The notes under the pieces are model-generated. The model saw only the letters and a list, made by a program, of their open reading frames with translations, searched no databases and was not told the DNA's origin. A stretch of 32,000 nucleotides of DNA from Aciduliprofundum boonei T469 (GTDB lineage Archaea > Thermoplasmatota > Thermoplasmata > Thermoplasmatales > Aciduliprofundaceae). The position numbers and the translations under genes were made by a program. Location of the stretch: assembly GCF_000025665.1 (NCBI RefSeq), contig NC_013926.1, forward strand, positions 360,001-392,000. The letters run 5' to 3'. Shown here in pieces: positions 19,279 through 26,407 of this stretch (the stretch's first letter is position 1; each line of letters starts with the position of its first letter).

Positions 19279-19541
19279 AGGCCTCCCTCCAGATACCTTG
19301 CAAGTGCTATTACGCCTACAAAAGCCAAAATGCCATACACGAGTGCCACATCCATATATATGAACCTCTGGAAGAAATATCCAAGGAGAACCAAGAGCAC
19401 TATGGTTATGTTAGTCAATATATCCAACGCTACTGCCCTATCTGGCGCTGTGGGGCCCTTTACAAGGCGAATTATTGTTAAAAATGCTGCCACGGAAATT
19501 AATGCTATGAATATTGCACATATATCAATTGAACAGTTCAT
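19275..19541 (-). CDS. MrpF-like subunit (MbxB-like)
   Basis: 88 aa, 3 TM helices, MnhF-like (RLVKGPTAPDRAVALD). ATGA overlaps on both sides. Confidence 0.75.
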   Translation of the reverse strand: MNCSIDICAIFIALISVAAFLTIIRLVKGPTAPDRAVALDILTNITIVLLVLLGYFFQRFIYMDVALVYGILAFVGVIALARYLEGGL

Positions 19542-20062
19542 TCAAACACCTCTCTTAGGTATTTCTCAAAATCCCCTTTTATAATATCTCCAGCTTCCTT
19601 CTCATCCTCGCTGTGCACATAGATCCAGTGAATGTAATATTTATCATCAATAATCTGCATAGTCATAGTACCTGGAGTGAGAGTTATTGAATTTGCCAAA
19701 GCCAGCTTCCCGACAGGATTTTTCAAATCCGTCCTTATCCTCACAATACCGGGCTTTATAGGCCTCTTAGGACTCAAAACCCTATAAGCAACATCAAAAT
19801 TTGCTTTTATCATAGCCCAAATAAAAACAGGGATATATTTCAAAAACCACCAAACTCTATGGGGGGATAAATTATACAAACCCCTTTCGGATAAATGCTG
19901 ATAACTGAAAGCTGCTGCAATAAGTGATAGAACAATACCTGCTGTAAACTCCTGCAAAAATTGCTCCTCTTTAATCCCAGGTGAAAATGTGAATCCACAC
20001 CAAATTATGATGAATATCAGGAAGGCATACAGGAACCGGTTCGCATTGCTTACCTTTTTCAA
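19538..20062 (-). CDS. MrpE-like subunit (MbxA-like), first gene of the cluster
   Basis: MnhE-like core (VAYRVLSPKRPIKPGIVRI...LANSITLTPGT). The start is uncertain. The ORF track gives TTG 20185, only 8 nt from tRNA-Pro. I prefer TTG 20062, which is preceded by GAAGGTGGT and has a TATA-like TTAAATATAAAA about 45 nt upstream. Confidence 0.65.
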   Translation of the reverse strand: MKKVSNANRFLYAFLIFIIIWCGFTFSPGIKEEQFLQEFTAGIVLSLIAAAFSYQHLSERGLYNLSPHRVWWFLKYIPVFIWAMIKANFDVAYRVLSPKRPIKPGIVRIRTDLKNPVGKLALANSITLTPGTMTMQIIDDKYYIHWIYVHSEDEKEAGDIIKGDFEKYLREVFE

Positions 20063-20106
20063 GTTACCACCTTCTTTGAGGCTTTTTTCTCTCTGGTAAT
20101 CTTGAG

Positions 20107-20118
20107 TTTTATATTTAA
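20107..20118 (-). promoter_or_regulatory. Candidate TATA box for the Mbx-like operon
   Basis: The minus strand reads TTAAATATAAAA, about 45 nt upstream of the proposed TTG 20062 start. Assigned by eye only. Confidence 0.3.
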
Positions 20119-20192
20119 TCTTATTTGTTCGATTTCCGAACCATTGAAAAGGAAAAATTAATTTATTAGTTTGTTCATTCACCAATCCCCAT

Positions 20193-20313
20193 GGGGCCGT
20201 GGGGTAGCTTGGTTATCCTACCGGCTTTGGGAGAGGAACCACCAGCGGGTTCCTTTACCTCCTGCAACCCTCCAGAAAAGCCGGTGACTCCGGTTCAAAT
20301 CCGGGCGGCCCCA
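20193..20313 (+). tRNA. tRNA-Pro(UGG) with a 47-nt intron (20232..20278) at 37/38; its 3' end is the casposon target
   Basis: Acceptor GGGGCCG/CGGCCCC, T-arm TCCGG-TTCAAAT-CCGGG, anticodon stem CCGGC/GCCGG, loop UU-UGG-G|intron|A. CCA is not encoded. Confidence 0.85.
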
Positions 20314-20323
20314 CTACGAGGAG
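20309..20323. repeat. Target-site duplication, left copy (CCCCACTACGAGGAG)
   Basis: Identical 15-mer at 29400..29414. The left copy includes the last 5 nt of tRNA-Pro. Confidence 0.85.
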
Positions 20324-20359
20324 GGGGATATATATACATCCCCTCTTAAGTTCCCTTTT
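20324..20359. repeat. Left terminal inverted repeat
   Basis: GGGGATATATATACATCCCCTCTTAAGTTCCCTTTT matches the reverse complement of 29364..29399 at 35 of 36 positions. Confidence 0.9.
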
Positions 20360-23058
20360 CACATCACTCCTGATTTGTAGATCTGATATAGGATTGGATA
20401 CAACTTCCTTTTTCTCTTGGGATACTTTCCACGCTTTAGGTTTGTTTTAAGCTTCTTTATTGCCCTTAATGAGACTTTGACATCAGGATATTTTGCATTA
20501 ATATACTCTAATATTTTCTTAGGTGAAAGACTCGATATAAAATCTTTGAAATCTTCCATTTTCTCATATTCTATGTATTCAGGTATACCCATTATCATAT
20601 TTTTCTCTAGCTCGTTAGACTCCTTCCCTATGTATTTTATGTGGTCAACTGTTATTTGTCTCCTATTCAACAATCCAACATCCCCTTCATACTTTCCGTC
20701 ATGGTGGTTAAAGTAGTCTTCAAGAACTTTAGAAATGGGTTTCCAGTATTCTTTTGTATCTAAGGGTAGATCTTGAGAGCTCAGACCTGACTTGTAGTCA
20801 ATAAACGGTCGGTATGGTATAAGCTCAAACTTTTTATCTTGAGGGCTTATGAAGGGCATAATTGGTATTACTGGCTCACCATTCTCGGAGCGGTAGGCAG
20901 TCCCAACAGTAACAAAATTGAAAGGTTTTATCTTCTTTGCTAGTTCTTTATTATTGTTCAGATAGTCAAACCTTTTAAGAACCTGTGGGGTTGTGACTGT
21001 TAGTTGAGATACAGCATACTTGTGGTGGTATTTTTCAATTATCTCTTCTCTACTATCAGGGTGATAGTGCATTTTTAGAATATCTTCCCAAACCTCTTTT
21101 GGGTCTATGCCTATTATATGACCTAAGCCGTGAGAAGACTCTTTTAATATCTCTATTTTTTCACCATTAATACGATACAGGCAATACCTCTTAGCAGAGA
21201 TGCCATAAAATAGCACATTATCTAATGGTATGCCCTCTTCGTTGTCCTCGATTTTAAACATGTCAACACTATAAGAATAGGGGTTTAATTTTTCAAAGAG
21301 CTCCTTGACCTCTCTAACTTTTTCAGGTTTTACAAATATGCTGTCTGTATCCATGTAGGCATAGTACCCATTATTTGAAGCAATACTTTCAGCAATAGCC
21401 AAGATAAGCCTTGCACCAGAGGTTAGGAATATGGCTATTATTGGGTTATATGCCTTTCCAATGCTCTCTATTTTGCCTACCTTAGTGTTAAACTCTTCAA
21501 GACCATAGACGGTGATCTCCTTATCTTTTACTTTTTCACTATTTACCTCTATAAATATTCCATAAGAAGAAGCATTTGCTATTATCTTAAACTCATTCTG
21601 GATAACTTTTAACTTCTCAATATCTCCAATGCCTCTCTTTATTTGGTCTTTGTACTCAAGCCTCTTCTCTATGATCTTCTTTATGAAATTCTCTTCAGGG
21701 GCTATTGTAATACCGTTGATCTCTATAGCTCTTAAACTCTGTCTACCTACTGGCTCAAATGTCAAAGAATCTATTATTTCAGGGGCTTTTCCAGTTAAAA
21801 TTTTAGATGAAATTACATCTTCTATAGTGTACCATATAGGTCTTTGAGAAGTCAGGTAGTTAATTCCTATATTGTAGACATCTCCACGGTACTTCATCCT
21901 TATGGGTAATATGTCCCTATCAGGTCTTATTAATACAATACTCCTCATTAAAGGGTCTCTCCATACCTCTTTATCCTGTAGGCTTTCAACACTTATCTTT
22001 GATAGGAATGATTTGACCTCACCTTTGGTAGCTCTTACTCTTATAGACCTAGCCTTAAGAATCTCATCTAGCTTGAGTAGTATGAAAAGGGTGGGGTACA
22101 TAGAGGTAAAGTCAAGGTATGTAACGGGAATAGGGCTCTTCCTTATCTTACACTCAGTCCTACCACCATAATAAGTAGTCATAGCAAAGCCCAGTACCTC
22201 TTTAGGAAAATCAGGGTTAAGCTCCATAAATGGACTTATACCCATCTTATTGAGGTAGTACTTACCTATTGATGCTGGGGAATATAGTAGGTTTTCTTCC
22301 ATGTCTATATTGAACATCTCTTTTCTCTCCATAAGTTTAAGGTAAAGTTCAAAGGTCACTTGCACATCGTTTAAGTTGTACTCTATGTAGTCTTTATTTA
22401 TTGCTCCATGCCTCTCAGGGTGTGTCTTATAGTGCTCACACTTGAACTCTTTGGAGGCTGACTCTAAAGTATGTCTCTTGTTTGTTAGGGCAAATGCAAA
22501 AGTCCTCAGATCTACAAAATACCCTTCGTAGTGCGTGTATTTTCTCTTGCTCTTCTTTCTGAGTGGTCTTAAAAACTTTATAAAAGACTTTGTGGAGTCC
22601 AATGCTCTTATCATGACCCTTGGGTTTCTAGGATCCTTTGAGAGTGTAAAAGAAAAAGCCCTCGGGTCTTTCCTAGATATTGTGTAGTCAATAGCCAGTC
22701 TAGACAAGTCAAAAGGTAAGTTGAACCCTATACACTTTGCCCTTGCTTGGTAAACATAGGGGTAAAAGACCTTTTCAACAAACCTAGTCTTTGGTATGAC
22801 CTTAATACTGTGGCTATCTCCAAACTCTATTATTTTCTCCTTTTCAGACTCTTTTAGGTTATCTTCATAGAAAATATACCTCTCAATAACCTTATTGTTC
22901 CTTGCAATTAAACTTGATCCGAATAGTAGGTTTTGGTACTCATCAGTAGTTGTCTCGGTATCGAAAACAAGCAATAGTGAGGGGTTAGGTGATATTTTCT
23001 CTTTATACCCACTCCTATTATCACTATGAGAAAAACACCTTAGAGCAATATCACTCAT
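20359..23058 (-). CDS. polB: Family-B DNA polymerase (casposon PolB)
   Basis: Exo I FDTET, Exo II FNLPFD, Exo III YNLND. Pol A YLDFTSMYP, Pol B KIIANASSYG, Pol C YMDTDS, plus KRY. ATG 23058 is preceded by GGAGGT; the ORF track TTG is at 23073. Confidence 0.9.
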   Translation of the reverse strand: MSDIALRCFSHSDNRSGYKEKISPNPSLLLVFDTETTTDEYQNLLFGSSLIARNNKVIERYIFYEDNLKESEKEKIIEFGDSHSIKVIPKTRFVEKVFYPYVYQARAKCIGFNLPFDLSRLAIDYTISRKDPRAFSFTLSKDPRNPRVMIRALDSTKSFIKFLRPLRKKSKRKYTHYEGYFVDLRTFAFALTNKRHTLESASKEFKCEHYKTHPERHGAINKDYIEYNLNDVQVTFELYLKLMERKEMFNIDMEENLLYSPASIGKYYLNKMGISPFMELNPDFPKEVLGFAMTTYYGGRTECKIRKSPIPVTYLDFTSMYPTLFILLKLDEILKARSIRVRATKGEVKSFLSKISVESLQDKEVWRDPLMRSIVLIRPDRDILPIRMKYRGDVYNIGINYLTSQRPIWYTIEDVISSKILTGKAPEIIDSLTFEPVGRQSLRAIEINGITIAPEENFIKKIIEKRLEYKDQIKRGIGDIEKLKVIQNEFKIIANASSYGIFIEVNSEKVKDKEITVYGLEEFNTKVGKIESIGKAYNPIIAIFLTSGARLILAIAESIASNNGYYAYMDTDSIFVKPEKVREVKELFEKLNPYSYSVDMFKIEDNEEGIPLDNVLFYGISAKRYCLYRINGEKIEILKESSHGLGHIIGIDPKEVWEDILKMHYHPDSREEIIEKYHHKYAVSQLTVTTPQVLKRFDYLNNNKELAKKIKPFNFVTVGTAYRSENGEPVIPIMPFISPQDKKFELIPYRPFIDYKSGLSSQDLPLDTKEYWKPISKVLEDYFNHHDGKYEGDVGLLNRRQITVDHIKYIGKESNELEKNMIMGIPEYIEYEKMEDFKDFISSLSPKKILEYINAKYPDVKVSLRAIKKLKTNLKRGKYPKRKRKLYPILYQIYKSGVM

Positions 23059-23485
23059 ACTTATTACCTCCAAGGGGGAAACACCTTAGTGCAATTTCCC
23101 TAGCAATCCTCTCATAAAAGAAGTTTTGGGTCTTGTAAGCCTTTAACTCTAAAATATCTATGAGTCCCCTCAAAAAGAACTTGTGTCTCTTTTCTGTAGG
23201 TAATCCTCTCTTTAACCATTCTTCGCCCCATAGGTTCTGTTTAGCACTTAAATGTTGGTGACATTCTTTACAGACTAAAACGACCCTGCTGTCATGCTTC
23301 CTACCTGCAATATGGTGTCTTTCAAGACCTTTTGTAGCTCCGCATATCTCACAGTACTTTGGTAGCTCTCTCTCATACTCAAATAAAGAGAGAACCCAGT
23401 TCGAAGCTTTAGAATACTCTTTTTCAATAGTATCTCTAACATCCATAAGGATCTCATCAATGCATAGTGGAGACTGAGAATACAT
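23051..23485 (-). CDS. HNH endonuclease
   Basis: CEICGATKGLERHHIAGRKHDSRVVLVCKECHQHL is CxxC...HH...CxxCH, a zinc-stabilised HNH core. Its 3' end overlaps the polB start by 8 nt. Confidence 0.8.
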   Translation of the reverse strand: MYSQSPLCIDEILMDVRDTIEKEYSKASNWVLSLFEYERELPKYCEICGATKGLERHHIAGRKHDSRVVLVCKECHQHLSAKQNLWGEEWLKRGLPTEKRHKFFLRGLIDILELKAYKTQNFFYERIAREIALRCFPLGGNKYE

Positions 23486-23491
23486 AGGGAC

Positions 23492-24001
23492 TCACCAATT
23501 GTATATCTCATAGAACTCGGGTTCTTCTATAGACCTTGCAATATCTACCAGTTTTTCAGGGTCAGTCTCTAGCTTGTGTATGTTACCCTGAGCATCTTTT
23601 ATTTTTATGTTTCTAAACCTCTCAACAGCTGTAATATCACCAGTCTCTAGAAATATTCTTACTGCATTGTGGTACTTACCTATTATAGAAGCATACCTTG
23701 AGTCATTCACCTCTATGCTAATTTTCTTACCATTTTCATTTATGTCCATTACTCTAGAGATTTTGTCATACCTCTTTGCTATCCACCTACCGTTAACCTT
23801 CTTAAAAGCATTAGTGCTCTTAATCACGGTGTTTGGAGATATACCTACCTTCTTACATGCACTTGACAAAGACTCCCCTTTCCTTACTCTAGCAAGTACT
23901 TCCAAGCTCTTTTCCCTTAGCATTTTCTCTCGAGGGCTCAATAAGCTCCAAGGCTTCTTGAAGACCCTCTCTTTTCCAGACATACTACTTTTCTCTCTCA
24001 T
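23492..24001 (-). CDS. HTH DNA-binding protein (casposon-encoded)
   Basis: HTH-like LSSACKKVGISPNTVIKS. The start is ambiguous: ATG 24001 has TTTATAGTATAGG directly upstream (possibly leaderless), and alternatives are 23983 and 24064. The ORF-track start 24118 would overlap the divergent gene. Confidence 0.55.
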   Translation of the reverse strand: MREKSSMSGKERVFKKPWSLLSPREKMLREKSLEVLARVRKGESLSSACKKVGISPNTVIKSTNAFKKVNGRWIAKRYDKISRVMDINENGKKISIEVNDSRYASIIGKYHNAVRIFLETGDITAVERFRNIKIKDAQGNIHKLETDPEKLVDIARSIEEPEFYEIYNW

Positions 24002-24129
24002 ACCTATACTATAAACATTGGGGATATATAATATAGTGAATTCACTACACTTTACTTTATCCATAATGTTAAATATCTTTGAAAAACTTGAAAATACACG
24101 GAAAATATTATATTGCATTGTTCACTATC
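24002..24129. promoter_or_regulatory. Divergent promoter/operator region inside the casposon
   Basis: AT-rich spacer between divergent HTH genes. Contains GGGGATATATAATATA (24020..24035, the same first 11 nt as the TIR tip) and the perfect palindrome GTGAATTCAC (24036..24045). Confidence 0.4.
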
Positions 24130-25170
24130 ATGAGTATGGAAAAGTTCCAATCAGCTACTAGGATAATAGCACATAGAAGGAAACAAAAGACAAGAGAAAA
24201 AGTTCTTGGAATTATAAAATCACATGGAAAAATAAGGTTCAAAGAGCTTATGCAAGAAAGTGGGTTGTCTAATAGGTGGCTCTCTATAACTCTCCATGAA
24301 CTCCTTGAGGAGGGTCTGATTAAGCAAGTAATTGGGGATATAGAGGTTAAGGGTAAAAATGGGGAGCCTGTGTTAAAGAAGAGGGCTAAGTTATACACAA
24401 TCACTAAAAAAGGTGATAATGTTTACAGTAATGCATGGTATATATTACACAAACTAGAAGATTTGAGAGAAAGAGGTTCTACATATTATCATAACGATTT
24501 TGAACTATTTGGAGTTGATATAATAATGAATGGGGTAGAAGGTGATGCATTTAATACATTACCTACAATTCCAGAATATGAATTTTTCATAATGCGTAGC
24601 ATATTTAGAAAAGTGGGTGCATACGATATTAAAAACCTCTCAGGTGAAGTGATTATTGCACTAAACTTTGATATGCATAAATTAATTGGAGGTATTTTAG
24701 AAATTAAAGACTTCATTAAGATGTTAATTAAAAATGCCGATGTTTTTGAGAGTGATCTTTTTAGGGATATGGGTTGGAGAGATAAAATTCACAAGTTTAT
24801 ACATCTCCTTAATTATTCCAAATTACTAGTTGATAATAAGGATATAATTGAAAGAATAACGAAAAATGGGAATAAGTTATTTTTGTCCTACAAGCCATTA
24901 ATAATTTCGAGTTATTATCGTACTGGAAAAGGTCTTGATGAAGAAATACTAGAAAAGGTCAAAGAGCATATTGAAAATGATACAAATCCCTTAGAGGATG
25001 AAAATATTAAGCATAAATTGATTAGAAAATCTGGTAATATTACCGAATTTCCCATTTATGATTATTTAAATTTACTTAAGGTATTTAATCTCACTAATTA
25101 CCCATTTCTACAAAAAATAGAGTTAGTGAATGAAAAAATAACTAGAACAATAGAGAATGGAGGTATCTAA
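24130..25170 (+). CDS. Winged-HTH protein with a large C-terminal domain of unknown function (casposon-encoded)
   Basis: N-terminal wHTH-like KVLGIIKSHGKIRFKELMQESGLSNRWLSITLHELLEEGLIKQV. ATG 24130 is preferred over TTG 24079. Its stop is immediately followed by the cas1 ATG. Confidence 0.6.
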   Translation: MSMEKFQSATRIIAHRRKQKTREKVLGIIKSHGKIRFKELMQESGLSNRWLSITLHELLEEGLIKQVIGDIEVKGKNGEPVLKKRAKLYTITKKGDNVYSNAWYILHKLEDLRERGSTYYHNDFELFGVDIIMNGVEGDAFNTLPTIPEYEFFIMRSIFRKVGAYDIKNLSGEVIIALNFDMHKLIGGILEIKDFIKMLIKNADVFESDLFRDMGWRDKIHKFIHLLNYSKLLVDNKDIIERITKNGNKLFLSYKPLIISSYYRTGKGLDEEILEKVKEHIENDTNPLEDENIKHKLIRKSGNITEFPIYDYLNLLKVFNLTNYPFLQKIELVNEKITRTIENGGI

Positions 25171-26385
25171 ATGAACCCTCTTTTAGTTAGTGGTTATGGA
25201 ATTTCCATAAATGTGGATAAAAGGAAACTAGTAATAAGGGAAAAAGGTAAACAAGTTCACGAATTTTACCCCCACCAGATAAACTACGATTCCCTAATAA
25301 TTGAAGGTTATTACGGGAATATTTCCTTTGAAGCTATAAGATGGTTAATGAAGCACAATATAACGGTATCCGTTTTAAACTGGAACGGAAACCTACTTTC
25401 CGTATTTTTGCCTAAGGAACCCATTAACGGAAAACTGAAAATAAGGCAGTATGAAATATACATTAACGAAAAAGAGAGACTGAAAATTGCGGAAAAAATA
25501 TTAGAGGAAAAAATAAGGAAATCGGAAAATATGCTATATGAATTAAGTGAGTATTATCCAGAAATTGAGCACATTAAAGTAAAAAAGAGGATAGAAAAAG
25601 AGGAAAAACTAAAAAGGGACATGGAATTAAAAGAGGAAAATAAACCGAAATTATCCTATTTATTGATGTATGAGGGAAGGGTTGCGCAAATATACTGGAA
25701 AGAGTTATCAAAGATTTTCAATAAACTGTACCCTGAATTTAACTTCACTTCAAGGAGTACTAAGTCTTATTCTTGGAACATGAACGCTTCAGATGAAATA
25801 AATGCACTTTTAAACTATTCTTACGCACTACTTGAGTCTATGATAAGAAAGCATATCAATGCGGTAGGTCTAGACCCATCGATTGGTTTTTTGCATGAAC
25901 TAGCTTCCTCTAAGACCCCTCTTGTATATGATCTTCAAGAGCTTTTTAGGTGGGTATCTGACCTATCCGTTATCCAACTTCTAGAGGATAAGAAGTTAAA
26001 GAAATCATCTTTTATTGTAACTGAGAACTACCATATACGCCTTAAGCCCCAGACCTCAAAGCTCCTTGTTGAGAAGTTCAAGCTCAATATGAACAAGAAA
26101 TATGAAGTTGGTAAAAAGAGGTACACTCTGGAAACAATTATGTTCAATACAGTTCGATCCTTGGGTAAATATATCCTTGGGAAATCTAACACCTTGAAAT
26201 TTGAGATTCCATATATCCGTATAGAACATATAGAACCTGAATTAACAGAGAAAATACTTAAAATGACACCAGAAGAGAGGAAAGCACGGGGAATAAACAA
26301 GTCTACACTCTGGTACCAAAAGAAGAAACTGGCTCAAGGTAAGAGTATAAAAGTGTATGGGAAGGTAAAGAGTAAATTAAAATAG
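25171..26385 (+). CDS. cas1: Cas1 homolog (casposase) with a C-terminal HTH extension
   Basis: Cas1 signature blocks: LMYEGRVAQIYW (catalytic Glu), INALLNYSYALLES, GFLHE (His), LVYDLQELFRW (Asp/Glu). C-terminal TPEERKARGINKSTLWYQKKKL is HTH-like. GGAGGT lies 8 nt upstream. Confidence 0.9.
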   Translation: MNPLLVSGYGISINVDKRKLVIREKGKQVHEFYPHQINYDSLIIEGYYGNISFEAIRWLMKHNITVSVLNWNGNLLSVFLPKEPINGKLKIRQYEIYINEKERLKIAEKILEEKIRKSENMLYELSEYYPEIEHIKVKKRIEKEEKLKRDMELKEENKPKLSYLLMYEGRVAQIYWKELSKIFNKLYPEFNFTSRSTKSYSWNMNASDEINALLNYSYALLESMIRKHINAVGLDPSIGFLHELASSKTPLVYDLQELFRWVSDLSVIQLLEDKKLKKSSFIVTENYHIRLKPQTSKLLVEKFKLNMNKKYEVGKKRYTLETIMFNTVRSLGKYILGKSNTLKFEIPYIRIEHIEPELTEKILKMTPEERKARGINKSTLWYQKKKLAQGKSIKVYGKVKSKLK

Positions 26386-26407
26386 ATTTAAGTATTATAT
26401 CATTAAG

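Noticed and set aside
20417-22171. Plus-strand ORFs inside polB (20417..20716, 21629..21847, 21902..22171)
   Set aside because: They are antisense to a CDS with a full set of polymerase motifs, and their Ser/Leu/Phe-rich translations are typical of antisense frames.
23275-23511. 78-aa alternative-frame ORF over the HNH gene
   Set aside because: It lies on the same strand but out of frame with the HNH CDS, which carries a clear CxxC/HH/CxxCH motif.
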